Shown one piece after another: positions 38,698 through 52,899 of a stretch of 64,000 nt of DNA. How positions within the stretch are numbered: the stretch's first letter is position 1; each line of letters opens with the position of its first letter. Made by a program: the position numbers and the translations under genes. The stretch covers positions 25,298,001 to 25,362,000 of the forward strand of contig NC_087252.1 in the NCBI RefSeq assembly GCF_037042905.1, written 5' to 3'. Below the pieces are notes generated by a model. That model saw only the letters and a list, made by a program, of their open reading frames with translations, searched no databases and was not told where the DNA came from. Origin of the DNA: Lytechinus pictus (Eukaryota).

Positions 38698-40308
38698 CAC
38701 AGGTTAGTATTGGTAAGGATATAATACAGTCTGTTGAAAATTTCAAATGGCTAAAATCCCACTGTTGAATTTTTTTATTCACAATTCGGTGTGCCACCTT
38801 TATCGTAGACAGGCCAATTTCAAACTTCGGGGGTTGACATCTAATGCGCAGGCAGAGCACAGTATACTGTACTATAATTGTATTTTTACCATCCACTGCA
38901 CTGCCTGGTCTCCTTTTAAAAAAGCCGGACTCATCTTATTTTAACTGATCACATTTCGCATAGAAATGTGAGGCAAATTTCTCTCCCGCCCGCTAGACCA
39001 TGGTCGAAAGTATTTGCAAGCCTGTTGAGCCGTGCCGACAAGCACAGCATTGTCACATGCTTGTAGTGCGCGCCACAGTGATTAATTTCAACATGTTTTC
39101 CCATGAGGCATTGCAATTTCGGCCTGTCTGCTGCAATGGTTGGTGGCACACAGTGTGTTGTGAATCCACCGAATTATGAGAAGCTCTTGAATGGTGAATA
39201 ATAGATGTGCAGGTGACATGAAAACGATGTCATCTTATATGTGAAATGTGCACTGGATAGTAGTTTTCTTTAATGAATAAACTCCCTCTTGTGAATATTG
39301 ATGAATGGAAGAAGAGGAGAAGGAGAATCATTAAGAAGGTGGAAAATGAGAAAGAAGAAGGGATGGAGGAAAACAGAACAACACAGAGATCAAGAATGGG
39401 AAGAAGATTGCCATAAAGAGAAGAAAAAAAAGGAAGACAAGAAGATAGATAGATAGATAGATAGATGGTTTATTAATAAAAATCAAGACATCATCGCGGC
39501 TAAGGCCGAATTGCGATGTATTTACAAGGTAATAATGACACACACAAATTTCAAACAATAACAGAGATAATTACAAAAAAGAAGAAGAAATTGGTCATTA
39601 TATTGTGACAAGTGGTAGGGACAACGGCAACGCTCATATTTGAGACATACTAATTATCAGGAGTTTGTGTTCTTTCCCCCAAAGCACCATTTCCTTGGGA
39701 CCACGCAGCAATATAAAAATCTAAAATACTCGGGTTAAAGGGCATTTCTCCCAATTGACCAAGAAAGTGTAAGAATCTTAGAGATTTGGGTTGATTACAC
39801 TTTTGAGTATAATTCATGTTTTTCTTCTTATTTTTTCCTTCCTCATAGGATGAATTATGCATTTAAATGTCACTTGATTTGATTTCATTTGATTTATTCA
39901 TGTATCCATGTAATAGCTTCCGGTACCTGTTTGCATGCTTGAGTAAACACCTTAGACTGCATTGTTCCACTGGGGGTGACACTTTGTTTCATACAGTGGG
40001 TCAGTGGTTGGTGTCGTGTTGTGGGTGCTCAAGCATGCAAACGGTATATTTATGTATATTTATTTTATTGATATATTTATATTACAGGTATGTATTATTT
40101 TGATGTATTTATAGTTTGTGATTGATTATTCTTTGTTTCAATGCATTTTTTGTTAATAAGAGTCTGAGGACAATTTTTGTGTTTTTAATTGAACATGACA
40201 ATAAAAACAATTGAATTGAATTGAATTGAAATGAAATAAATTAAGCTTGGCACAAATAGGTTATATTTTAGTAGTGCTGTCATCATCTCCATTTTTTTTT
40301 CTCTCCAG

Positions 40309-41625
40309 GCTTGACAACTTTTCAGACACTGTACAGCTTCATGCCTTCCTGCTCTTAGACCCAGTTGAAGTGTACACGAGAAAAATGAGGTGTAAGATGA
40401 GGAGTACAGCCAGCCCCACCAATGGAATAATTTGATTGTAGATGGCCAATTGATACAAGGCAAATACCTAGCAATATGTGAAATGTGATCCAATGGGTCT
40501 ACATGTAGGACTTGGAATTATGAATTGAGCGTACTGACGGGAGCATTTCATGAACAATTTTGCGTCGGACTGATACGCTCTCAGCCAATCAGATGCAAGA
40601 ATTTGGTGTAACTGTAACATCTACTGGTGAAAATTGCTGACAAAACCTTTCATGAAATGCTCCCTGGATCATTCCTCTTGTTTGTTACTTTGTGTGATCA
40701 GTGAAAAAAGAAGCAATTTGGGATCACCTATCTAACGCATTCTATGTACGAACATGATTTTGATTACAAAATATATTGCATTTACAGTGTAATATTCTCT
40801 TTCCTCCTCTCTCATCGCTCTTCGGTTTCTCTCCCTCTACATTTCTCACTCTGTCTACTCACTTTTCCTCACTTTATTTTCCCCCTGATCTCTCTCTCTT
40901 GTTCTTTTCTCTTATACCTCAGTCACAATTTCCCTACCGCCACCATACGGCGAGTCGAAAACAGCCGTTTTAACATTTTTTATACCAGCTTCATACGGGT
41001 GGTCTGAATAAAATTACGGTAGATAAAACGGCTATTTTCGACTGTACAGCGGCCACAGATGAAATGTGTCTAAGGTATTACTGCTTTATTTCTCTCTTAA
41101 TGTCTTTTCCAATGCTTCGTTCTCTCTCCAATTCTGTCTCTCTCTATTTCTTTTCCTTTTCCTCTCTGTTCAAGCCTTTTTGCTTACATTTACCCACTCC
41201 ATACATTGATTTCTTGTGGAATGTGGAGAGTGGTTTCTGAATAAAATATTGTATTCAAAGCAATTTATTTGGAACTTATCGAGCAGTTCATCATTTAAAA
41301 AAAAACAAGCACTCTTTACACATGAGCGATGATTAATATTTAATCACAACAGGAAAAATATGTAATGAGATGATGCTTTTTTATTGTTAAATTAGAAAAG
41401 ATTGAGAATGATTTTGAGGTGATAAGCATCCTTGTTATTCCTTTGCAAAGGGATTGTCGATGGCTATGTGAATATTGAGACGACTTACAATATTTAATAT
41501 GAAATTAATAGATTCCGTCATAGACATATATGTGATTATATGTATTTGTTTCAATATTCACGGCCCATATTCCAAATTTTTTGACAAATGTTCTTGTATG
41601 TTCCATGGGAAATGTTGAATAAATA
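40309..41625 (+). other. ETFB: Putative non-coding terminal (3'UTR) exon of ETFB
   Basis: Donor CAG|GTTAGT 5 nt after the ETFB stop (38702/38703); strong polypyrimidine acceptor TTTTTTTTTCTCTCCAG ending 40308; AATAAA at ~41240 and ~41618. The 3' end is uncertain. Confidence 0.55.
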
Positions 41626-44010
41626 TATTGACATAAAAAATACTGATGTGGCTGTATTTGTCTTCTGTACATATCAATGTGTATGTTTTAAGTTTATATT
41701 AATGTGGCTCTTTGTTTCAGGTTGCCCTTATGATTAGTTAATATTGATAAAAGCCGAAAAATAGAGAAAAAATATTGTGAAGGTTTGATGATAATCCATC
41801 AAATGATAACAGAGTTACATTTGTTTTAAAAGTTTTGATTTGTAACGTCATTGGCAAGCAGCTCCCCCATTTGATGTATGGTATGAATTCTCCAAAACGC
41901 CATTTTCCCTAAAAATTTTAAGTATTTTTGTTTGTGCAGGATATATTATCAGATGCATCATTCCACACCCCTTGTCTATAAAAAAATATTTGTATTCCTC
42001 CTTTTGATTTGATTTTTGAAGTATTAAGATATTTTGGAATTAATTTAACACTATATATTGGGAAGCTGTTCACATAAGTCACAAATAAAAAAAAAAGTTC
42101 GAAAGTGCATGCATAACTCTGTTTGATGGATTTTTATGATACTTCACCAATAATGTTCTCTAATTTTTCTGATTTTTTACATGAACTTATCGGGGTTGAA
42201 ATTCCTCGGTAAGAAAAAATTGCATGTTCAAACACCTTTTGTATTATTTTTATGTCTATTAGATTACTTTTTGTCATTTTACTCCAAACAAGCTGTAAAG
42301 GAAATACACTGAAATACAGCATACATATCAATCATCTTCCTGGGACAGTGGGGTGCTGATGCAAGATTAGCATCCCTGGAAATTTGGTTGATATGCTATA
42401 ATTTGGAGGTTTGACCAAAGTAACCTTCAAACTTCTTCAAAATAACCTTTTTGAGTGATAAAAAAAGTTCCAGTCGGAAATCACCTTCATTTGGCAGTGA
42501 AAACCTTTATATTTATTTTTTTATTTTTTTTTGCTTGTCAAATCAGTCTTGATCGTTCTGAATTGGAGACCCCTTTTTTTTTTGGGGGGGGGGAGGGTCG
42601 ACAAATTTTTATTAATAAAACAACCAACCGCGTAGCCAGGATTTCGTCTTGGAGGGGGCGGTAAATGCACAAGAAGCGTGCCAACACTTACAGAGCGCGC
42701 TCCCTAGGGGGTGGGTGCAGGGAGGGGCTTTCGGTGTTTCATAAATTAAAATGAAAAGGAGCCGTCTCTCTTGTCTCTAGTACCTATATCAGCCCCAATT
42801 CAGTTGACTATATTGTGATTTCTAACCTTGTTTTCAAAAGTGATTGTGAACGCACAAAAAAGGGATAAAATGGAGGAAGTTAAAATAATATTAACCCCGC
42901 GCAAAGCGCGGAAGCTAAAGCGTTTTATCTTTTTTTTTTGCAAAGAAAAGGGTATCCTCCAAGTTATATTGAATACTTCCCTTGGAAAGATCAGATTTGA
43001 TTACAAAAAATTTAGCGACAGTGCATATCTTAACTCGCAAAACAGAGGAGAAGAAGGATACATGCCGGGAGGAATTAAGATATTCCTCCCCGTGCAGAGC
43101 AACGAAACTCTGAAATTTTAAAGAGCGGACATTTCATCAAATGCAGATATCTCTAATACCACCATCGGCTCTAATTCAATTGATTTTCTTCTAAGATTAT
43201 TGAACTTCATAACAAGAAAAATAGTGCAAAATTCATATATATAAATTTAGAGCAAGAGTGAAGGAGTTTCTTTTTTTAGAAAAAAAAAATAAAGAGAAAA
43301 ACCCACAAAGCTACCTTTCTTCCCTTTCTTTCCTTCGCTTTTCCTTTTCTCTATTTTTCCCCTTTTTTTTTTCTTTTTGGGGACTTTTTTTTTTTTTGGG
43401 GGGGGGGGGGGCGACCGCCCCCACCGCCCCCCCCCCCCCTGGCTACGCGCTTGAAAACAACACCCCCTCTTTGAAAATCTTTCTCAGGCCCGTGATATCC
43501 ATTGATATAGGTTGCAAAACCTACATAGGATTAACCCACAGGAAGCTGAAAGAATGAGAGAAAGATAAGAGAAAAATAATGCAAGACAATAAGAGAATCG
43601 AGGGAGATGGAGAGGGGGGAAGAGAAAAGAAGAAAAGAGAATGGAGGGGAGAGAGTGAGGAGAAGAGAAGTGAGAGGGAAATGAGCTAAGAAAGAAAAGA
43701 GAAGTGAAAGAAGAGAAAAGTGAGAGATATAAATTAGAGAAGCAAAGGAAAGAACGAAAATGATCGAGGGAAGAGAGGAGAGATCATGAAGGACAACCAG
43801 CATTTGATATGTTGAAATAAAAACGGTTGTTGGGGTGGATTTACCATAGATCCAAGATTTTACCTTTCCTAGCTCCAATACATGCGTGATTAGCAAGCTC
43901 TATCAAATTCAAATGGCCTTAGAACAAAAGATGTTAATAAAATATTAATTGGTCGTAAATCATAGAGGAATATGCCATGCACCTGTTTCTGTGTCCAATT
44001 ACTTAATTGA

Positions 44011-44026
44011 ATTGCGCATGCGCAAT
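44011..44026. promoter_or_regulatory. NRF-1/P3A2-type palindromic site in the CCDC153 promoter
   Basis: Perfect 16-bp palindrome ATTGCGCATGCGCAAT containing the YGCGCATGCGCR consensus, about 100 bp upstream of the ATG in a locally CpG-rich stretch. Confidence 0.6.
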
Positions 44027-44123
44027 CGAGCGTATTTGGTTGCTAACTGGTGAGCGTGCCGTAACTCCCGTAAAAAGTTGCGGATTCCATTCTGAGAAAC
44101 GGTATTATAAACACTTCAAAATT

Positions 44124-47100
44124 ATGCCTCCAAAGAAGAAAGGAAAGGGAAAGAAGGGCAAGAAGAAAGGGAAGAAGAAGAATGGTAAGTATATTTTAAT
44201 ATAACTTCTTTTTTTTTTAACGATTTTAGTAGCGAGACACTCGTCAAGCTTTACTTAGTTAATTTGGAGCTCTCCAGCGTGAGTTTGAGGTTACCCTGCC
44301 CGCTAGTTTCCCTTCCTTCCTGGTTTTCTCCCTCCGCTGCTTTCGGAGATCAGCCCTATGAAGGCAATAGTGAGCGTAAGCTAACGACGCGGTGCTTACT
44401 GACTCTGCTCTGCTCTGCGACTAGCGACTGCGTGCATGTGCAGTCACTGCAGAGCATAAACGATTGACTTTTATTCTAGCGAAACCAGCACCAAGATGAA
44501 GATAAAGACAAATAATGATAATTTAAAAAGAATAACAAGAAGTGGGAAAGAAATAAAGGAAAAAGAGGAAGAAGAAAGAAGAAATTAAGTTTAACTTTGA
44601 GCACGTTTTTTATAAAGAGGAGAAGGAGGATCAGTAACGTTACTAAAAGTTTTAAAACTCAGATTCTAGTCAGAAAGAAGAAGGTATTAGATATCATACA
44701 TTAAACAAAATCTTATTCCAATTTTGTTAATGTTTCTCAAGTAAAAAACAAAACAGTATTTGAACCCCACCTCCCTTGTTCAAGCCCTTTTGTTTGATGG
44801 TAATGATAGCTGATGCATTGGAAGGATCTTCAAATAAATATGGTAAATTTGTCAGTTTTGTTGAATCGGCATTTCGGAGGAATCGCCGAGGTAAGAGGTG
44901 TACAATATTGTACGTATTCCACTCATTCAATGAGCAAGGTTATGATATAATCTTGTTCTCTGTTACTAGTACATGTATTCCCTGTGTGGTGAAATAAGGT
45001 TGGCAATGTTTGGCTTATTTTCTCTTGTTCTTGGGGACAAATTCTCATTTTTTTTTACATCGTCAGATTCCATTACAGCAATTCATCATATAACTTGGAT
45101 CTTAAGTATATTTAAGTCTTTTAGTTATTTCTTAGAATTAAAAACAGATTGAAAATGACAATTTTCTTGAAATTCTGCTTTCTACCAATAGATGACCTGC
45201 ACTAAAATATGCCAAAAATTCAAGTTTTTTTTTCAGGCAGGGTGGTAGTGCTCAGTGAATAAGTGACATATTCCAACTATGTACATGTTATATTTATAAC
45301 ACAACTACTGGTTTTCTGGTTATATTTTTAATGATTATGTTGAACATGAATTGGTTCATTTTTGTGCAACCTACCTGTTTTATACTAACATCTTATTCCA
45401 TTTTGTAACTCCAATGTATGTAATGATCTTTGTTCACCCAATCAGGTATGGGAGGGAAGGCCTGTGGGCCATGGCCATTAAGTTGACCTATTCCCTACCC
45501 AGGCTACCTGGTTGGGTGAGCAAGGTTTAAAAAAATTGTATTTTTTGGTACTCTTTCTTATTGTTGCATTTTACATGCTGTCTTGTTTTTTATTTCTGAA
45601 AGTGCCAAATAATAACAGTGAAATATCATTCTGTTGAATATTGATAAACATATATAATATTTAAACAATTGTATACTGTCTCTATACAGATGGAGAGTTG
45701 ACCATTGAGGATAAATACAAGAAGACAATGCTTGAGATAGATGCCTTGAAAGATCATTTAGGTAAGTACACTGGGCAGGAATTGGGCCTAATTAATCATT
45801 TTATTCATTAAAGGGCTACTTTCACTTAGGTCTTGGGGTATTATTGAACTAATTCGATTAGATACTGTGTAGTATTATTTTTTTTTTTACGGGCTCCTGT
45901 TTGTAGGCACACAATGGAATTTAGGTAACGTAAACTGGGGTAACTCTGGACGCGGGGGTGACTTTGGACATTATTTAATGACACTATGAACATTATTTGA
46001 TAATAATAATTTACATTCATATAGCGCTTCATAATTTTGGTTTCTAAGCACTATATAAATGTAACTATCATTATTAAAATCATGTTAATAATGTTATTAG
46101 ATAATGTCCAAAGTCACCCAAATTTACGGTACTGGTGTGCACATTGCAATTCTTACTTCTCTGTAAAGACATGCTTAATGCACCTCACATTGGAATATTG
46201 TAATTAACAACTCATAAGGAAAATAAATTATTTGTTGGAAGGAAAAAAAAACTTGTAACTCTAGTTGCAAAGTTGAGATAGTTTTGAAGAAAATGGTTGC
46301 CCCGAAGAATGAGGTTTGAGGGATATTTTGGAACAATTTGCATGGTCATTTTCAGTCACTTTTAACTTAAAAAAAAATACCCTCAATAAAATTGTGGTGT
46401 ATTTGTATATGAGTTCACTGGAAAAAATATAAGCAGCGAACCTACAATTGTTCAGGATGGGGAGTGGGCGAACTATTGTGTCACCTTCCCCCCTTTAATA
46501 AAATGATGTCATGTATTTATGCGTGTGCATGTGTGTACATAATCCTATCTTTTTTAAGTACCGGTAGATACATGTAGAACTAAGCTTGACCCTTACATTT
46601 TCTATTTTGTTTTACACATGACTCTGCAGACTGGAATAGATAAGAATTTGAAGAGAAATATATTTATCTTTCGAAGATGAAAATTTGCCCATGTGCCATG
46701 AGAGATGATGATTATGCTGTTTCAATTGCTCATTTCTAATTTTATTTTTTTTAAAGATCATTTCATTTTACAGAGATTACGAAGGCAACATTATTGGAGA
46801 ATGACAGAATGTGTGATAAAAAAAAATTGTTGTGTGTCTGATTTTTTCTGAAATCTGCCTTTAAAAGTTATCAGATCAAATGACAAAATGCCACTATGTC
46901 TGGGTACACCTTTCATACATTATGAAAGCAGTCTATTAAAATTTAAATTAGCTTTACGTCATGATGTTTGTTTGTGCAGCGAATAGGAAGGAGATTGCTC
47001 GCCGCTCCCAGGCCCAGTCAGAAGAATGGAAGGGACGCATGAAGGATGCAGAAGGAGACGTGGAGCAGCAAAAATCGGACCAAAAAGATGTCATGGCTGG

Positions 47101-50063
47101 TAAGTGGTATCCACAGTAGGGCATGGTATCCAAAGAGTTGGTAAAGATGGCAGTTGTGGGAATGACCTCAAAATTACTTTTTACAGAATTTAATATAATG
47201 ATCACCAAAGTGTCTGTTTGTATGAATAAAAAATATGTGCCAAAGGATTCTGGAAGAAATTGTGTAATTGCTAAGAATAAATAAGCAAAATAAGTGCGGA
47301 TTCGGTCACTTCCGTCGGGTCTTTATTCCAGCAATAATAATACACTGTCCCATGTGTGCCTATCTGTGTTGGCGATCTTCAGTGTGATCGTTTTTTAGCT
47401 AGATATTATGATTTCACAAAGTTCAGTTTATGTAATTGTACCAGATCTAGATCCATGATGATATATCAATTCTTTACCTTGGTTTTACAGACTTCTCACG
47501 AAATCAGTGTTTTACTGCAACTACGTTCATTTAGCTTTAAAGCAAATCTTGATTATAAATTTAAAGTGCCAATTTTAGGGGTTCTTTGGGGATGTACAGA
47601 ACCCTGTTTCACAAGAGCTTAGTTCTTAATCAAATGGCTTTAAAATTTCAATAAACTGTTATTCAACAACATTGTTTTACTGTATTTCAAAAGTAATTTA
47701 TGTTTTTTTGGTAATATGAACAATTTTAATTTTCAAGCAGCATTTTCATTTCTTTTTAATTCTTGATAAACCTAATTGAATTTAACTGAATTGGTTGGAT
47801 TAATGACCGATGCATGTGCACAGTCCACCCTAGAAATTTATTGTATGATCAATGGCAAATCTTTGTGGTGCATGGTTCCTGTAAGATGAAATTTACATGC
47901 AGAACATGTTTTGTGTAATCTTGTCTAAAAAATGCTTTAACTTTAATGTAACACAAATATTTAACATTTGGACGATTGACCTATGCTAGTTTTATTGTAT
48001 TTTCTTTTCAGACATGACTCGTCAGTACAAGACAAAACAAACTGAAATGGATGCTCATGTAAGGAGATTAGAAGTGGAGCTGCAGAAGGTCACAAGTTCA
48101 TTAAGTAAGTAGTTCTGACACAAGGAAATTGATAGCGTACTGCACACTAGACCACTGGCAATGCTGAAAAAAGGCCAATGCTAGAGTCACACTGCTTAAA
48201 CTGACTCCAGGCTGACAAAACTCTTAATGTTTTTTTAATCATATAGGCTGCTTACTTATTGGTTGGTTTGGAGTTAGTGCTAGTCGATATTTGATTTCAA
48301 TATTATACAAATAATGCATGTAAACGCGTGCATGCAGGGCCAAATAATGAACAATGTGCGAGAAGAGCCAATGGATATACCGCACCGAGGTCCACAGGAC
48401 CGAGTGCGGTATATCCATTTGGCGAGTCGAGCACAGAGTTCATTATTTAGGTCCTCTGTGCACAAGAATGCATGCATTGTTTGTTTTATACACCCCCCTC
48501 CCCTATGTTACTGAGTTGCCCCGAATGCTATATTTTGATCTAAATTCTAGATAATTCTAGACCTCGCACTATCCTGCACTCTGACGTCAGAGTGCAGGAT
48601 AGAGCATTTGGTATGACGTCAGAGTGCAGGATAGTACATTTGGTATGACGTCAGAGTGCAGGATAGTGCATTTTGGATGCAACAGTGCAGTTCGCTGAAT
48701 ATCATGTGATCCAATGTGTACCAATTAGATTGCAGAACATTCAGTACCCTGAGAGCAGGGAAGGGGGATATGACTTTCATCAGTGCTTGTCCATGAAAAA
48801 CAAGCTTTTATGTACCAAATTATTATGAAGTTCTGTTGGTTTAAAGCAATGTAGAGCAGAATTTTTGGCCAATGAATAGTAATTAGATTATCATGATATA
48901 TTCTGGTCATTTTGTGTTACAGCAATTTATCAGCATTATCATAAAACCATTATAAAATATATCAAAACATGGACCCAACCTATTTTGGGTCAGTTGCATT
49001 GGTATGACTGTTTCATATCTGGAGTGCTTCATTTTGGGGTTAAAGTTAATATAATGAAAAATATAATGGTTAATATTTGTGATAATGTAGCTCGCCTTTC
49101 CTAAATTGATTGTTTGTACATTATATTTCTATTTTGTATGGGAAATCTGCACCGATAAATTGTATTGGTAGTTCTAATGTCTTTCTGTATTTATTCATAA
49201 TTGGGTTTTTGTTTATTTATTTAGTATTTTAATTTATTAATTTTTTAATAATTTTTTTATTCATTCATTTATTAATTAATTAACCCATTTATTGTTCAAT
49301 GAAGTATTGAAGTTCCATCTTTCATTTATTTTTTGACAGCAAAAACCACAGAAGAACTGAAGGCAACAACGGCAGAGAAAGAAAGGATAACCAAAGAGAA
49401 AAATGAGACGATTGGAGAGTTGGAGGAGAAGATCAAGACAATGGAATATTCCTATGAAAATATGCTGGAGGTAAGTCAAGAACACCTTGACCCGTTCTGG
49501 TGGATATTTCTGAATGTTTCTTACAAATGACTCTACGCACGACTGGTAATCCTTTTTAAGTGCTAAATGGTATTCTTATGTAGCTGACCTAGCACCAAAG
49601 AACATGTTCCAGTCGCTTGTGAAGTATTGCTTATCTTTACAAACAGCTCAATGAAACACCAGACTGTTGCCTGTAAATTGAAGCTAAGTGTTTGCATATA
49701 CAGTGATTAAACTGATTGATTGTTCACAATAATCAAATATAAATCAGCCCCATAATCAAGTCATATATGTTTTTATTTTTAAATTTACATATTCAATTTG
49801 AGAGTAGTTTCCTATCTAATGCTCAACTTTCTTTTCAATTATCCTGATTTTATAAATCACATGAATAACGATGTTACTCTATTTCTCAAACTTCTTTCAA
49901 TTGTTAATATATATCTTTTCTATTCCCCTTATAGGAAGCCATGGACAATATGGTCGAAAAGCTCAACGATGCCAAGATACGCTGGATGGATGAATCCAAG
50001 ACTATTCACATGCAACACAAACAAAAACTATTAGAGTTTGGTTTGAATCCATTAGATATATGA
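44124..50063 (+). CDS. CCDC153: Coiled-coil domain-containing protein 153 / dynein regulatory complex subunit 12; 6 coding exons, 201 aa
   Basis: Exons 44124-44184, 45690-45761, 46980-47099, 48012-48104, 49340-49470, 49935-50063; GT-AG, phases consistent, 606 nt. Lys/Gly-rich start MPPKKKGKGKKGKK, DMTRQYKT motif, coiled coil and C-terminal LLEFGLNPLDI, recognised as typical of CCDC153/DRC12. Confidence 0.88.
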
Positions 50064-50108
50064 ATGTTTATTTAGTGCCATTTTTCTCAAAATACTCTGT
50101 ATGTTAAT

Positions 50109-50409
50109 CAGGGTTCTAGCTACGAGCAGTTTAGTGCTAAGAAAAACTTGAAGCTGCGAAGCGGACATTTTACAATGAAATAATTTTTGCTTGAGATCTA
50201 TTGTGTCTTTGGCAAAATAATGCATGCCAGATTTGCATGTGTGAAAAAACTATGAAAAACTATGCTAGCTTGAAATGTGATCAAATTGGTACATATTCAG
50301 CAAATTTTAATTCTATTTTACAGAACATTTGTGCCGGGTGGTGCATCCAATTTTAACCCAAGAGCCAAGCGGTAATTTGCCTTGTCGGCTTGGCATGGCT
50401 AGAACCCTG
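50109..50409. mobile_element. hAT-like MITE with perfect 8-bp TSD just 3' of the CCDC153 stop
   Basis: ATGTTAAT|CAGGGTTCTAGC...GCTAGAACCCTG|ATGTTAAT. Confidence 0.9.
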
Positions 50410-51863
50410 ATGTTAATACTATTAACATAAACATAGCTTTGTCACAACCTTTACACCATTATATCCAAAATCTCCTACCCCATCCCTCAACAAAAAATAC
50501 ATGGCACTACTTATTTTGTGGAAAAGGGATTTTCCATGATTTTTCTTTGTCTAATATTGCAATTTTCACAGCAAAATGTGAGAATTCTCGGTGGTGGGGA
50601 GGGGGTTAATGTAATACACCATTTCGGTCCTCAAATACACTGTACAAGGGTAGTGATGTGGCACAAATTGCATTTCAGGGAGAATTGACATGTGCATTAT
50701 GTGGATATAATAGGCCACAAGAGGCACGGGTATACGCCTTATGTCATCATTGCACAGTTATTTATAAAGAAGAGACCGTTTATTAGTTAACCTAATCATG
50801 AACAAAAAAATGATCGATTCATGATAAAAGAATGTGGATGGCAGAGGCAAAATATTGTTCGTAATATAGAGAGATTAGATAACTTTCAGATTACTGTTTG
50901 AAGGTGATTTTAGCAGGGTATTATCTTACTTGGGTAAGGACAATTTAGAAATACCTGTACCACACCTGGCCAAGTGCCATTATCAAATTATTTTTTAAAA
51001 TGTAGAAAAACTTTGTTTCAGCAGTGCATGGAATATTGAATTATTAAACATACTGGGATCGATGCATAGTGGAATGGCGGAATCAATGTACAGGGTAAAT
51101 TGTTACAATGCAAACAATATTGGACTTTATAAAAAAAAAACCTTGATATCATATTTCACATATATTTGATATAAATTCATATAAATGTACATTCGATAGT
51201 CAAAATATTTTTCTATTTACCATTAAATCATGTTTGTAATTATTGATGAAATCTATTTTGGAACAAATGAAATTATGATATGCAAATAGTATTTAGTAAT
51301 ATTATTATACACCTTGAACAAATGACTGAGAGATCTCCTTCCATAATGAATTTTTATGCATTTTTATTTTCTCAGGTTTAGATTATAAAATGAAAGGTGA
51401 ATCGAATAAAGTATTAAGTGATGCAAATGCTTGGGGTATATTCTCACAACAAAACCCAGATTCATTCCCAGATTAAAGGAGAATTTGGATTCACACTTCC
51501 ATGGAATACACGTTTCATCTTCCATCTTTAACATTTGTGATAAAAATAATCAAACAAAGAATAAATTGATATCGATTTTATACTCATATATTTTTATTCA
51601 TATCAATATTATGAACAATTTTGCAAAGCAGGAATGAAACAATTGCTTGCTTTGTGAATCCATCAAGGCACTGTGATCCAAATTCAATTCTAGCATACTG
51701 TCCTCCACCCATACATGACAAATGGGCACAGCATTTTTTTAATTCAAAATTGAATTATACTGTAAGAAATGTGGGAAATCATATCACGCAGACAATATGA
51801 TAATGAGAAGAGTCCTGTTTCAAGTTACAGGGATACACCATCTATATCTTGACTAAAAGGTAT

Positions 51864-52134
51864 GGAGCGTTGTGGCCCAGTGGATTAGTCTTCGGACTTT
51901 GAAACAGAGGGTCGTGGGTTCGAATCCCAGCCATGGCGTAATTTCCTTCAGCAAGAAACTGATCCACAGTGTGCTGCACTCAACCCAGGTGAGGTAAATG
52001 GGTACCGGTAGGAAGTAATTCCTTAAAAAGCTGTGTGCGCTATGAACGCCTAGCTTAGCCGGGTAATATAGGAGCGCCTTGAGCACCTAACAAGGTGGAT
52101 ATGTGCGCAATATAAATACCCTATATTATTATTA
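51864..52134 (+). mobile_element. tRNA-derived SINE
   Basis: GGAGCGTTGTGGCCCAGTGG..GGTTCGAATCCC head, core, tail GAGCACCTAACAAGGTGG..GCGCAATATAAAT..(ATT)n. Confidence 0.9.
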
Positions 52135-52899
52135 AAAACCCATGAAAAATTCCTCAATATCTCAAAATGTCAGTTATGCCCTTTAGTCATGGTCCGGAGG
52201 TGTGTGTATTTTTATAATAATCTGTGGTTCGATTGTTCTTTGCCTACAGGTATTTTTTCAATGCTCCTCATGCAGCCATTGTAATTTATATTGTAGATCA
52301 ATGATATGTAAAATTTATTTGTATTTATGTAGATTGTATATATTTATATTAAAATGAAAAAGAAAATAGGATAGGCCTTCTTTGTTCATTCATTGCAGAA
52401 TATTTTTATATACTAATGAATAGGATTATTCTCAGTTTGTCATACTTTTTATCCACTTCCCCTTTCTCCATCGCTTTGCCTCTCTCAAACCTACCCCTCT
52501 CTGTATCTACCCTTCTTTCGTCTCCTCTATATCTGTCTCTACTTTTCTACCCCCCCCCCCTCTTTCTCTCCCACACTTTAACCATCTCACTCACATGAAG
52601 TAACTTTAGTCACTTTCTCCTCTTTATTTCTTGCTCTTCTCCATTGTATTCTCCTTTGTATACTACTCCCTGATCAGCTCCATGACAATTACTCCAGTGG
52701 AAAATCTGCACGTTAAGCCAAACATAAAACCTAACCTCCAAAACTAAATAAATCCTAATACTTATCTTCACATTCTTCTGAATCAAAAACTTTATTAAAT
52801 CCTAACTCTAATCCTATGCCCTCTGAGATATTAAGACTGGAGCAATTGCCACAGGAGCATATGTGTCACCCCCTGGTCACACTGCTTACATCATTGAAT

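Noticed and set aside
44039..44055. Possible RFX X-box in the CCDC153 promoter (GTTGCTAACTGGTGAGC)
   Set aside because: Only one good half-site; too weak to call despite being plausible for a ciliary gene.
51864..51938. tRNA-like sequences (also at 9214, 9765, 19033, 32254, 62934)
   Set aside because: They are SINE heads: each runs into a shared core and (ATT)n tail and lacks a proper acceptor stem.
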